NCBI GenBank assembly: GCA_017514235.1
Contig: JAFWKK010000026.1
Location: 114-64,113, forward strand
DNA length: 64,000 nt
DNA from: Kiritimatiellia bacterium
GTDB taxonomy: Bacteria > Verrucomicrobiota > Kiritimatiellia > RFP12 > UBA1067
Reading direction: 5' to 3'
Below the pieces are notes generated by a model that ran no database searches, was not told the origin of the DNA, and saw nothing but the letters and a program-made list of their open reading frames with translations. The stretch's first letter is position 1; every line of letters begins with the position of its first letter. A program made the translations under genes and the position numbers. Positions 16,562-26,215 of the stretch are shown one piece after another.

Positions 16562-17766
16562 GAACCTTTCTCCACCGAGACCGAAAGGCGAGCGGAATAG
16601 TCGCCGTTGGGAGAAATCGGCTCTGCGACTGTCGTACGGATTCCGTCCTCACCCAGATCAACCGTGAAAGGCCTGTCGAGATCGCCCATCTGCGGGGAGA
16701 GGTAGATGAGGAATCGCTTCACGTTCTCGGTCTCGACCTTGAAGCGGTTTCCGCCGAGATTCTCGGCGATGATGCGCGCGCCGTCGTTCCATCGCCGTCT
16801 GACAGGCGAATAGGTCTGACGCGCGAGATCGTCATCCGTCTTGGCGACGGGCGGACCGTACAGCTCGATGCCGTCGACCTCGATCTCGCCGGCAGACTTC
16901 TCCGCAAGCTCAAGCCAACGCGACTTCGTGACCTGCTCGAGATCGGGATGCTTCGTGCCGCATGGAGTGACCAGCGCCACCCTCTTCGCGTATGGATTGC
17001 GCCGCTTGTCTTTCGCCCATGCGAAAAACCGCCGCATGGCCGCCTTCGCCGCAGGGAAGGCGAGCGAATGGCCTTCAGAGTGTTCGTCGTAGACATGCTC
17101 CACGCCATGGCGGGTCATCAGGTCATGTGCGCATCTGGCGAAGCTCACTCCGCACCAGTGGTGGCGGCGCGGCCTCTTGTGAGTGCCGGAATAGCCGGGA
17201 CGCGGCGAGCAGTCAAGCGCACCATGCTGAATGTAGACCGGCGTTCCCAGAAACGCCCTGAAGTCAGCCTCCCACCATGCGCCGGAACTCAGCCACACGC
17301 CGGCGAACCTGTCGGCAAGTATCTGCCCGAGATGGCACGCCCCGTAGCAGCCCATCGAATGGCCGCCTAAGAAAATGCGGTCACGGTCGATGCTGAACTT
17401 CCGGCTGGCGGCGGCTATCGTGGCATCGATGAGCTTGGATGTCCCGGCAATGTTCCAGCGGGAACTGCCGCCGGTGACCGGGGCGGATGGCGCCGCCACG
17501 ACGAACGGCGCATTCGTGACATCCGGCATCAGGGCACGCCGCTCTTCGCTGAAGTAGCTGCCGGGCGTGGCATCCGTGGACGCAATGCCGCCACCGTGAA
17601 GGAACACCAGCAGCGGCACAGGGCGGGAAAGGTCAAGTCCGTCTGGGACATAATAGTATATCCGCCCCGAATCGCGTCCGGGGGCGGGCTCCTCGAACGT
17701 CAGCTGTCCGCCGGTCGCCAGGCAGGGCAACAAGACGGCGACCACAGGCATGAGAAGGGGTTTCAA
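16558..17766 (-). CDS. Secreted alpha/beta hydrolase/esterase (start uncertain: TTG 17766 or ATG 17751)
   Basis: FLHGGG, GHSMG nucleophile, QHGALD, EGHSL. Confidence 0.7.
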   Translation of the reverse strand: MKPLLMPVVAVLLPCLATGGQLTFEEPAPGRDSGRIYYYVPDGLDLSRPVPLLVFLHGGGIASTDATPGSYFSEERRALMPDVTNAPFVVAAPSAPVTGGSSRWNIAGTSKLIDATIAAASRKFSIDRDRIFLGGHSMGCYGACHLGQILADRFAGVWLSSGAWWEADFRAFLGTPVYIQHGALDCSPRPGYSGTHKRPRRHHWCGVSFARCAHDLMTRHGVEHVYDEHSEGHSLAFPAAKAAMRRFFAWAKDKRRNPYAKRVALVTPCGTKHPDLEQVTKSRWLELAEKSAGEIEVDGIELYGPPVAKTDDDLARQTYSPVRRRWNDGARIIAENLGGNRFKVETENVKRFLIYLSPQMGDLDRPFTVDLGEDGIRTTVAEPISPNGDYSARLSVSVEKGS

Positions 17767-17770
17767 CGCG

Positions 17771-19315
17771 TCAATCCATGTATGTGCCAGTGGCATCGTG
17801 ATCGTCAAGCCCCATGTCGTGCACCACGTCACGCAGGTTGCGGATCAGGTCAAGATCGTAATGCCACTTCCAGAGGGGGCTTTCCTCGTAGGCCGATCCC
17901 CACGCCGCCGCCGCGCCGCCAGCGAACGTATCGGCGAACACCTTGCCCTTCTCCTTGCCCTGCCCGAAGCCCCATGTGGTCACGAGCATTCCCTTCAGCC
18001 CGAGCTTGAGGACTGATTCTCGCTGAACCATCGTGTTGTCGACCTTGTGGCAGGGACATGATACGACCTCGAACCCCTTGTCCTTGAAATGCTTGAGCGA
18101 CGCGTAGTTCCCCTCTGGGCACTTCAGGCCGTAGACCCAGTCGCAGATCACCATGTCACGCGGCAGTTCGTCCAGGATCGTGATCGATTCGTCCGTGCCG
18201 TTGGCGACGGAGCCCGGCCATTTCGGGTCGCGCTTCTTTATGAACATGTCGTGCCAGAGCATCGGCGTTGCGCCACGGGCCTTGAGCCCGTCGTGCAACG
18301 CCTTGATGTGCTTGACGGTCAGCGCACGGTAGTCTGCCGCGAGGCAACGCGGACAGTTCGGCTTCGCCGGCTCGTCGCAGCCGATGTGAAAATATGGCGG
18401 GTTGTCAAACAGCTCCATCAGCTCGTCGATGATCTCGAACTGCACCTTGAGCGTTTCGGGATTGGAGATGCACCAGTTCCATCCGTTCAGCGACTCGAAT
18501 AGCGGCGCATATTCCCCATGCGCATCTAGGATGGCGTGGCGCCCGGGGGAGGTGATGCCCATCGAGGCGTGTCCAAAGGCGGGTATCTGGGGGATGAGCG
18601 TGATGCCCAGTTCCTTGCCGAGCTTAACGAGCCTTCGCGTGACGGCTGGCGTCATCGTCCCCTCCTTCCACCCCCACCACGGGTGCCGCTCCGAACGGAA
18701 GGTGCCCCATGGTTCGATCACCGCGTAGTTGTACTTGAGGTAAGCGGCGAGGCGAATCCGCTTCTCGATTTTCTCTGGAGTCGTGCGGTTGACATACCAG
18801 CCAAGGTGAATGCCCCTGAACTTCATCGCCGGCGCATCCGTCACCTTCATCGCCGGCATCGCATACCATTCGACCTTGCGCACGTCGCGCGGCATGGCAA
18901 GGATCGTCTGACGAAGCGTGTAGAGCGCATAGCGCACGCCTTGGAGCGTGTTGGCCCGCACCGACACCCCGTCGGGACGCGCCGTCAGCTCGTAAGCTTC
19001 GTCGCCGCCCGCGACCGGCTCGCCTGCGAACGTCGCCGCCGCTACGCGCGGCGCATTGGCAGATGGGAAGAACCACCCAGTCTTCGTGAGGCGGAACCAT
19101 TCGTCGAAACGCGCCTCGGCCCATTCCGCCGCCTGCCCCGAGCCGTCCGCGCATGCGATCGTCACGGTCTGGCTCCTGTCGAGCCGCACCAGCGTATTGG
19201 AATCGACCGACATCGTCACTGGCTTCGGTTCCACATACGGCGCGAACACGAACTCCGCCGCCGAAACGCCCGTCGAAATCGCACACAATCCACAGATTGC
19301 CGCCATCCTTTTCAT
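17771..19315 (-). CDS. GH20-family beta-N-acetylhexosaminidase-like
   Basis: EAYEL..RPDGV GH20b domain, D.P.MKFRGIHL, FGHA, catalytic HIGCDE; start at MKRMAA. Confidence 0.85.
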   Translation of the reverse strand: MKRMAAICGLCAISTGVSAAEFVFAPYVEPKPVTMSVDSNTLVRLDRSQTVTIACADGSGQAAEWAEARFDEWFRLTKTGWFFPSANAPRVAAATFAGEPVAGGDEAYELTARPDGVSVRANTLQGVRYALYTLRQTILAMPRDVRKVEWYAMPAMKVTDAPAMKFRGIHLGWYVNRTTPEKIEKRIRLAAYLKYNYAVIEPWGTFRSERHPWWGWKEGTMTPAVTRRLVKLGKELGITLIPQIPAFGHASMGITSPGRHAILDAHGEYAPLFESLNGWNWCISNPETLKVQFEIIDELMELFDNPPYFHIGCDEPAKPNCPRCLAADYRALTVKHIKALHDGLKARGATPMLWHDMFIKKRDPKWPGSVANGTDESITILDELPRDMVICDWVYGLKCPEGNYASLKHFKDKGFEVVSCPCHKVDNTMVQRESVLKLGLKGMLVTTWGFGQGKEKGKVFADTFAGGAAAAWGSAYEESPLWKWHYDLDLIRNLRDVVHDMGLDDHDATGTYMD

Positions 19316-19337
19316 GTCTCTTCTCCTTCTTTTCCCG

Positions 19338-19372
19338 TTAGCAACCAACCGCTCAGCACTAACCGCTGGCTA
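19338..19372. repeat. Degenerate 7-bp tandem array downstream of the second propeller gene
   Basis: TTAGCAA CCAACCG CTCAGCA CTAACCG CTGGCTA; same period and similar consensus as 20300-20334. Confidence 0.45.
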
Positions 19373-20290
19373 CCGCTTCATTTCGTTGCGGAACTTGATG
19401 TAGCGCGTGATGTCGCGGATCTTCCCGTCCTTCAGCTCCGCATAGCGGAATAGCGTCTGGGACGGCGCCGGATCAAGCTGCAGCTTGCTCGCCTGGGACC
19501 AGCAGTTTAGCGTAAGCGCGTATATGAGGCGCACATCCCCTGGCTTTACCGCGCCGGAGCCATCGACGGAGGCGGGTTCGCCGCCGCCCACGAGGTCGAC
19601 CCCGTGCCGCCAGCCGAACACGTGCGACTGGAGGACTTGAAAATTCTTGTCGAACACGAAGAAGCACGGATATTCCTCCTCCGGCGTGTAGAAGTTGACG
19701 TACAGCCTCTCGCCGTCCGTAGCCATGTTCTGCACGCCGGCGGACACGTCAAAGCCGTGGTCCACGAGAAACGGCTCGCAAAGCGGCTCAAGCGTCTCGG
19801 CGTCGAACTTGCCGAAGTAGTTGCCGCGGAAGGGCTTTTCGGGAATGCGCGCCGGCCCCAACCCCACATACAGGACGCCGTCCAGGCAGGTGATGCCGTC
19901 GGCGGAACGCTTGAACTCCTTGGAGCCGACGCGCTTGAGGTTCTCGTCCCAAACGTCTATGCGCCCCCTGTTGCCGGGCGTCTCCTGCTTGCCGCAGACA
20001 GCCGTGTAGAGCTTGCCGTTCCAGAAGCAGATGTCGCCGGTGTGCTTGTCGGCCCGGACGTGCATGATCATCCGCCCGTACCAATCGAACTTGTATATGC
20101 CGTCATGAAGCGTCCCGTAAATCGCGTTTGACGTCACGCACATGCCTTGAAGGTGTCCGCTCCCTTTCGCGAGTGCGCCGGGGCGCGTGAGGATCGGCTC
20201 CCAGTTCGGCGGGATAGGTGGAGCGGGATGCGATGCCAAGACTCCCGTCGCAAAAGCGCACACGCCTCCTATGATCAACATCTTCTTCAT
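19370..20290 (-). CDS. Secreted hypothetical protein, probable beta-propeller (paralog 2)
   Basis: Signal peptide; blade-like repeats GHLQGMC, HTGDIC, DGITC, QNMATDG. Confidence 0.6.
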   Translation of the reverse strand: MKKMLIIGGVCAFATGVLASHPAPPIPPNWEPILTRPGALAKGSGHLQGMCVTSNAIYGTLHDGIYKFDWYGRMIMHVRADKHTGDICFWNGKLYTAVCGKQETPGNRGRIDVWDENLKRVGSKEFKRSADGITCLDGVLYVGLGPARIPEKPFRGNYFGKFDAETLEPLCEPFLVDHGFDVSAGVQNMATDGERLYVNFYTPEEEYPCFFVFDKNFQVLQSHVFGWRHGVDLVGGGEPASVDGSGAVKPGDVRLIYALTLNCWSQASKLQLDPAPSQTLFRYAELKDGKIRDITRYIKFRNEMKR

Positions 20291-20299
20291 ATCTTTTCT

Positions 20300-20334
20300 C
20301 TAATCACTAACCACTAATCACTAACCACTAATCA
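20300..20334. repeat. Perfect 7-bp tandem array (CTAATCA/CTAACCA alternating, 5 units)
   Basis: Read directly from the sequence; fills most of the spacer between the two paralogs and includes the upstream stop codon. Confidence 0.9.
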
Positions 20335-21237
20335 CCGTTTCAAAGGATACCTGAAGACGCAATGGCGGGTGATGTCCTCGATCTTGCCGTCCTTCATCTC
20401 GGCGAACTGCAGCAGCGCCTGAACGGGCAGACGCGGCTGAATCTTCTTGCCGCCGATCCAGTTGACGGTAGTGCTGTAGATGAAGCGCACCGCGCCGTCT
20501 TCGCCGCCAGGTATCACGTCCACGCCCTGCCGCCACCCGAAGACGTTGGCCGCCTTTACGGTCTTGAAATCCTTGTCGAACGTGATGAAGCAGGGCGTCT
20601 TGGCCGTCTCGTCCGGGCTGTAGAGCGCCACGTAGATGTTCGTGCCGTCGGTCGTCATGTTCTGCGGTCCGCACGAATGCTCGTAGCCGGGATCGACGGC
20701 GAAGGGCTTGCACAGCGGCTGGAGCGTTTTCGTGTCGTATTTGCCGATCCAGAACCCGCGGTTCGGAATCGCGGGCTTGGTGAGCGCGCTCATCCCCGCG
20801 TAGATGACGCCGTCCAGGCAGGTGATGCCGTCGCCGCCATGTCCCGTCCATGTCACCTCGCGGAGGAACGTGAGATCCTCGTCGTACTCCTGGATGGCTC
20901 CAGTGATCTTGGGCGTCTCCTTCCTTCTCCCGCCCACGGAGACGACCGTGTAGAGACGTCCGTTCCACCAGCAGATGTCGCCCGTGTGCTTCTCGGTAGT
21001 GACGCGCTTCAGGGCGCGTCCGTACCAGTCTGTCTTGAGAATCTGGTTGTGGAAGGCGAAGTAGAGCGCGTTGGAAGTGGCGCACATGCCCTGAACGTGC
21101 CCACACCACGTGTTCCCCGTCATTTCCTGTACCGCGCCCGGCGCAGTGAGCCGGGCGTCCCAGCTGGGCACCTGCCAGGCGTAAAGCGAAAGCACGGCAC
21201 CCGCCGCGCAGACGGTCAACAGTTTCTTCATTTTCAT
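20332..21237 (-). CDS. Secreted hypothetical protein, probable beta-propeller (paralog 1)
   Basis: Colinear similarity to 19370-20290 (GHVQGMC, HTGDIC, DGITCLDG, QNMTTDG, FGWR.GVD, KDGKI.DITR). Confidence 0.6.
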   Translation of the reverse strand: MKMKKLLTVCAAGAVLSLYAWQVPSWDARLTAPGAVQEMTGNTWCGHVQGMCATSNALYFAFHNQILKTDWYGRALKRVTTEKHTGDICWWNGRLYTVVSVGGRRKETPKITGAIQEYDEDLTFLREVTWTGHGGDGITCLDGVIYAGMSALTKPAIPNRGFWIGKYDTKTLQPLCKPFAVDPGYEHSCGPQNMTTDGTNIYVALYSPDETAKTPCFITFDKDFKTVKAANVFGWRQGVDVIPGGEDGAVRFIYSTTVNWIGGKKIQPRLPVQALLQFAEMKDGKIEDITRHCVFRYPLKR

Positions 21238-21257
21238 GGCAACCCCCTTAAGCGCAC

Positions 21258-23684
21258 CTATTTCACGAAAAGCAGCAATCCGCCGGTGTGTGGATGCAGG
21301 TAGCCGTCCTCGTCTTGATCGACGCGCCTTGCGCCCGTCGGCGCCGCGCTATCCTTCCAGCGGAATAAGTTGCGCTCCTCGTCCGTAAGAGTAGCGTTGA
21401 ACTTGATGACATTGCCTTCCAACGGCGCATCGATCGTGATTGCTTTCGGCTGAAGTCCTTCGCCCGCCGTGAACGACGCGAACGAGAGCGACCCGCCCTC
21501 GCCGACAGTGAGCGTCGCGTTCGTGTTCACCGTGAGCGCGTCAAGCGCGTTGGACTTCCCGTCGGCGACCGCCAGGTTGCCGCCCGCCAGCACGACCGCG
21601 TTCGTCATGCTGTTGCTCGCGCCCAGGATGAACGTGCCGCCGTAAAGACGGGTCTGGCACCGAACGGGCTTGCCACTCCCTGCCAGTTTGAGCGCACCGT
21701 CTCCATACTTCTCGAAATGGTAGTACTCAAATTTTGCAGCAGGCGCCTGGATGCCAGCAAGCGTGCAGTCAACCTGCTCGTCGCCAGTCACATTGTTCAC
21801 ATTGATCTGGAAAGTCCTGGCACTTGAAACGGTTGAGTTTCCGTACGGCCTTATGCCACTTCCCTCAATGCTGGACGGTTCCGAGCCTACCACATTGTAA
21901 TAGTTTATACTAGTGAGAACCGAACGTGGAGCCGTTGAGCCTGAAGTCATACGCGCACCATCCTTCAGCAAGAGATAGTTCAGGTAAATCCCACCACCGC
22001 CAATATGATCCAAGGTGCCTCCATCCACCTCCACCTGTTGAGAACTCGCGATCTGACCATTGTCGTCGCGCCGCAGAATGCCACCGCGCTTGATCTTGAG
22101 CGTACTGGTGCCTCCTGAAATGCCTACACCGACAGTTAACCCGTCAGCACAGAGCTTGACATCCGCGTTGGTAAGCACATTGACGTTGCCGTATGTGGGG
22201 AACGCGGTCGTGGATGTGACGGTCACGTACAACGGCCTTTCACCGCCATCGAACGTCAACTGGTTGCCGACCATGGCGTTCATGGTGCCGTTCAGCGTGA
22301 CGCACCCCATCTTGGACTCGCCTTCAAAGGTCGCGGTAATCATGTGGATGCCATAGCCGCTTGTGCTCGCCGATGTCGCCACATTCCCTGTAAGGGGAAT
22401 CTCCGAGAAATCAGTATTAATCGGATGAGTTGACAACGGCTTGAAGCCTGCGGCGGTCGCCTTGATTTCCACATTCAATCCATTCTGACGGAGCATGGCC
22501 ATCACAACCTTGTTGTTGCTCCCTGCCGCGTACTGGAACTGGCAGGTGGCCGTATCGGTAGCAGAATCATACTTGATATGGTAGGCATCCGTCGGCGTAC
22601 CGCCAACATCGGTATAGTCGGCGTAGTTATGACTTCCGCCCAGCATTCGTCCCGTAAGCGCCGTCAGGGCCGACAGCGAGCGGTTCGTGGCGATGACCTG
22701 CCATGACGTGGTGATCCACGGCTCGAAATAGTAGGAACCCGTATAGGCGGTCGTTGGCGCCATCGGCACGATGCGCACGTCGCCGTCGCCGGTAAAGGTT
22801 TCCGTGATCGTGTTGTCGCCTTCCGGCACAGCCACGACAGCTTCCATGCCGGCGGCGACAGACGTTTCGCCGCCGAGCGTCACGCCGCCATCGAAGCGAA
22901 CGTTCGCCAGCGCGGCCATGCCCTTCTTGGCAGCCATGATCTTCGTCAACCCCCACTCGGAAACCCTGCCGAGCTTTTCGCCGCCATCGGTGATGTTCGC
23001 CACGCACCAATGTCCCTTGTCAGGCCCCTGGACCTTACTGTTCGCCCAAAGGGGTGTCGACGGATAGTAGCCAAAACGCGGCGACCGCGAAATGGTTATG
23101 CAACGGATGCCGCTGGCGCTGATTTGCGGACGGAAGGTATAGGTGTGGTCTGCGGTAATGCGATTGAACGTGAAAATGTTCGATGACGGACCATCTATTA
23201 AACGCTCAATGCGCCCCGGACAGATGTTGCCCGTTGAAACATAAACCACCGAATTTGGCTCAAGATCGGAGGCGACGATAATATTGCCGCCATTATAGAA
23301 GGTGTTTGTCCAAGACTGGTATTGCGCGGCGTACTCCGTGAGAGCCGTATTACTCGTCCAGACAATGTACGCCCCGTCGCTGCGGGAGAGGGTGAGCTTG
23401 CCGAGGGTTGTCACCTTGCTGGCGAAGGAGACCGTGCCGGAGGTGGACAGCGTGATCGCCGCGTCGTCGGCAAAGGTCATCGCGTCGCCCGTGAGCGTGA
23501 TCGTGCCGCCATCCGTCGGAGTCGCCGTCAGCGTCTTGACGTCGGTCGTTCCTTCCTCATAGGTAAGGACCACGGTGCCATCGCCAAGCGACGTATCGCC
23601 CGAGGTGTAAGGGTAGGATCCGTCGGACGCAGAAGCGCAAAGCGCCATCAGCGAGACCGCAACCGGTATGCTTTTGATGTTCAT
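21258..23684 (-). CDS. Large secreted beta-rich surface protein with an autotransporter-associated passenger-type repeat
   Basis: Signal peptide; G/T/S/N-rich; EKYGDGALKLAG repeat; ends HPHTGGLLLFVK; no C-terminal beta-barrel. Confidence 0.65.
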   Translation of the reverse strand: MNIKSIPVAVSLMALCASASDGSYPYTSGDTSLGDGTVVLTYEEGTTDVKTLTATPTDGGTITLTGDAMTFADDAAITLSTSGTVSFASKVTTLGKLTLSRSDGAYIVWTSNTALTEYAAQYQSWTNTFYNGGNIIVASDLEPNSVVYVSTGNICPGRIERLIDGPSSNIFTFNRITADHTYTFRPQISASGIRCITISRSPRFGYYPSTPLWANSKVQGPDKGHWCVANITDGGEKLGRVSEWGLTKIMAAKKGMAALANVRFDGGVTLGGETSVAAGMEAVVAVPEGDNTITETFTGDGDVRIVPMAPTTAYTGSYYFEPWITTSWQVIATNRSLSALTALTGRMLGGSHNYADYTDVGGTPTDAYHIKYDSATDTATCQFQYAAGSNNKVVMAMLRQNGLNVEIKATAAGFKPLSTHPINTDFSEIPLTGNVATSASTSGYGIHMITATFEGESKMGCVTLNGTMNAMVGNQLTFDGGERPLYVTVTSTTAFPTYGNVNVLTNADVKLCADGLTVGVGISGGTSTLKIKRGGILRRDDNGQIASSQQVEVDGGTLDHIGGGGIYLNYLLLKDGARMTSGSTAPRSVLTSINYYNVVGSEPSSIEGSGIRPYGNSTVSSARTFQINVNNVTGDEQVDCTLAGIQAPAAKFEYYHFEKYGDGALKLAGSGKPVRCQTRLYGGTFILGASNSMTNAVVLAGGNLAVADGKSNALDALTVNTNATLTVGEGGSLSFASFTAGEGLQPKAITIDAPLEGNVIKFNATLTDEERNLFRWKDSAAPTGARRVDQDEDGYLHPHTGGLLLFVK

Positions 23685-23700
23685 TTTGCATTCTCCTTCT

Positions 23701-24453
23701 TCACAGGCACTTTACGAGTGGCTTGTACTTGGCGAGATACGCCGCGTTCTTCTCGTCGCCGCCAGGCGCGTTCGCGGAGTTCCAGACGGGCGGCACGATG
23801 CCGCGCTCGACGCACTGGCGGCACGTTTCGATTTCGAGAAGGTGGGCGATGGTGAAATCGACCACGTTCGAGAGGGGGCCGATTGGCGTCGTCATGCCGG
23901 GAACGTTCACCACTGCGTCGCCTACCGGGTTGTAGTCGTCGATGCAGACGTCCGCATAGTCGAAGAGGTTCTTTCCGTTCGGGTGACGGATGAAGTGGTC
24001 TTTCGGCATCTCGTTCTGCCAGTACGACGAGGCGACGGCGATGATCTTGCAGCCGCGTCTCTTGCACTCCTCGGCGGCGTCGATCGTCGCCGGATTGATG
24101 CCGATGTTGTGGAAGAAGAGGACTACGTCGCCTTCCTTGACGTCGTAATACCTTACGATGGACGCGCCGAAGTTGACGGTACGCTCGAGCTCTAGGTACT
24201 TGAGCGCCTGGTTGAATACTGAAAGCGCGGTTTCCATCATCGGGTTGATGTTGGCGAGCCCGCCTGCTCGGAAGAACATCTCGCCCATCGCAAGCGTGGT
24301 GTGCCCGCCGCCGGCATAGACGTTGATGAGCTTGTCGGCTGCGATTGCGTCTGCCATCAGGGTCGCGGCGGCCTTGATGTTGGCCTCCTGCTTTTCGGCT
24401 ACTTCCTTGATGTTGGCTATCGCCTTGTCGATGTATCCGTAGTCGTTCAGCAT
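23701..24453 (-). CDS. SIS-domain sugar isomerase (UPF0309-like)
   Basis: AGGGHT, GEMFFRAGGL, GINPATID, IDDYNP.GDA; AGGAG RBS before MLNDYGY. Confidence 0.8.
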   Translation of the reverse strand: MLNDYGYIDKAIANIKEVAEKQEANIKAAATLMADAIAADKLINVYAGGGHTTLAMGEMFFRAGGLANINPMMETALSVFNQALKYLELERTVNFGASIVRYYDVKEGDVVLFFHNIGINPATIDAAEECKRRGCKIIAVASSYWQNEMPKDHFIRHPNGKNLFDYADVCIDDYNPVGDAVVNVPGMTTPIGPLSNVVDFTIAHLLEIETCRQCVERGIVPPVWNSANAPGGDEKNAAYLAKYKPLVKCL

Positions 24454-24590
24454 GACGGTTCTCCTAGCTTGGACTTTAACAAACAAGCATATTATACAAA
24501 ACCGCCAAAGCCAATGGAATGCTTAAACCGCCAAGAAAACATCATCATTCCGCCAAAGTGAAAACGGCTGTCTTGCCCGGGCGCGGACGC

Positions 24591-25418
24591 TCAAGGGTTC
24601 AAGTCGGCCTTTACCACTACGGCGCAGTGGTCTGTAGCCTTCGCATCTGCGATTACGCGGCGTTCGGTTACGGCGACGTGCCCGGCATGGGGCGTGTCGA
24701 CCATGATGTAGTCGATGCAGTGGTCAGGTCCTGACGACGGGTACGTGCACACCGCCGGGTCGTTGAGGATCGTCATGCCTTTCTTCAATTCAGCAATCGT
24801 CTCGGACTCGGGCGTCACGTTGAAGTCGCCTGCCAGAAACACCGGCTTGCGGTAGTCGGCTATGTTCGCCAATGCAACCTTGGCGGCGATGAGACAATGC
24901 TCCGCCTTGAGCGGGAAGTGCGTGCAGGCGACCGCGTAGTCCTTGAATTCCACGAACTCTATGCACCTCGTATGGCAATAGCCTGGCACCAGCACCTTCG
25001 AGACCTTGAGCGGCTCCTCTTTCGAGAGGATTGCCAGGCCGTATTCGCCAGCTCCGTCAAGTTCCTCGGCCGTAGCGGCGTTTTGCACGCGGAACTTGTT
25101 CATCTTCGTGTTGAGCGTCTTGCGCACGAAAGTGCCTTTCATGCCGCAGAGCTTGGCCAGTTCGGCGGTCTGGTCAACGAACCCGACGCGCTTGGTCTTG
25201 CTGTCGATTTCCTGTATGGCCACCCAATCCGGGTTGACGTCGCGGATGACCTTCGCAACCTGCGGCAGATGGCCGAGGTTGCCCGGCGCCAACTTGAACG
25301 CTCCGTTAAGCCCGCAGCCGATGCGTATGTTGTAGCTCATCATCGTGACGGGCTTCGCAAAGGCGAGCGACGCCGCAAAAGCGACCGTCGCACCGATTAT
25401 CAGTTGTCTGTTCATCAT
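24591..25418 (-). CDS. Secreted endonuclease/exonuclease/phosphatase (EEP) family protein
   Basis: MSYNI, QEID, YGLAILS, THF, GDFN, TYPS, IDYI, TDH motifs; signal peptide. Confidence 0.88.
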   Translation of the reverse strand: MMNRQLIIGATVAFAASLAFAKPVTMMSYNIRIGCGLNGAFKLAPGNLGHLPQVAKVIRDVNPDWVAIQEIDSKTKRVGFVDQTAELAKLCGMKGTFVRKTLNTKMNKFRVQNAATAEELDGAGEYGLAILSKEEPLKVSKVLVPGYCHTRCIEFVEFKDYAVACTHFPLKAEHCLIAAKVALANIADYRKPVFLAGDFNVTPESETIAELKKGMTILNDPAVCTYPSSGPDHCIDYIMVDTPHAGHVAVTERRVIADAKATDHCAVVVKADLNP

Positions 25419-25545
25419 TCCCTGCCCTCCGTGTGAGGCTTATTATACAACATTCGCATGCCATTGTTCAAGCGGCGCGGCTCATTTCGCATTATGCCGG
25501 CGCATGCAGTTCCCGATCCTTCAGGCGTTCAAAAGGCTGAAGCAA

Positions 25546-25571
25546 AGCCCCCGTCGTTTCCGACGGGGGCT
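25546..25571 (-). terminator. Intrinsic terminator of the His/Pro-rich gene
   Basis: Perfect 11-bp stem AGCCCCCGTCG, GAAA loop on the minus strand, followed by TTG...CTTTT. Confidence 0.75.
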
Positions 25572-25597
25572 CGCATGCCTCGGCCGTACTCGTTTTG

Positions 25598-26215
25598 CTA
25601 CACGAATATCGACATCGGCGGGGTTGTGTGGTACGCGCCGTTGTAATAGTAGTTGTAGCCGTCGTAGTAGTAGCCGTCGCCGTAGTAGCATACGCCGTTC
25701 ACGAAGATTACCCATTCCGCCTCGACCCATTCCCACGCACGGAGCGCGCCAACGCGCCACATCGGAACGGCCGGTCTCGCCCAATAGTGCGCATTGCGAG
25801 GGAGATGCTGGCGGAAGGCACGGGGCGGCGGCGCGTGATGATGTAGGGCACGGGGCGGCGGCGCGTGATGGTGAAAGACTCGGGGCGGCGGTGGCGCGTG
25901 GTGGCGGAAGGCACGGGGCGGCGGTGGCGCGTGGTGGCGGAAGGCACGGGGCGGCGGCGGCGCGTGGTGGCGCGGTTCCGGACGGGCGTACCCATGCCTT
26001 GCGACGGCAGGCTGACTGACATGACGTGCCGGAACGGTACGCACTGCCGCGCTTGGCCTGACTGCTGCAGGTCGTGCGACATGAGGGGGCCGCGCCTGTT
26101 GGGCCACCCCTGCAGGGCGCCCGTGGCCGCCGCCTCTTGGCGCAGCGGACGTTGTCATGCAGGATGCCGCGCAGGCCATCCCGACGAATGCGAATTTCAC
26201 GAAGTTGTTGTTCAT
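25598..26215 (-). CDS. Secreted His/Pro/Arg-rich repeat protein with a Tyr/Trp-rich C-terminal domain
   Basis: Signal peptide; five HHAPPP(P)R(A/V)(F/L) repeats; C-terminal CYYGDGYYYDGYNYYYNG. Confidence 0.7.
   Translation of the reverse strand: MNNNFVKFAFVGMACAASCMTTSAAPRGGGHGRPAGVAQQARPPHVARPAAVRPSAAVRTVPARHVSQPAVARHGYARPEPRHHAPPPPRAFRHHAPPPPRAFRHHAPPPPRVFHHHAPPPRALHHHAPPPRAFRQHLPRNAHYWARPAVPMWRVGALRAWEWVEAEWVIFVNGVCYYGDGYYYDGYNYYYNGAYHTTPPMSIFV
25812..25972 (-). repeat. 27-30 bp coding tandem repeat
   Basis: Repeated CACCACGCGCC(A/G)CCGCCGCCCCGTGCCTTCCGC units on the minus strand. Confidence 0.8.

Noticed and set aside
21258-23684. Classical type Va autotransporter
   Set aside because: It has a passenger-type repeat but no ~280-aa C-terminal beta-barrel or terminal aromatic residue.
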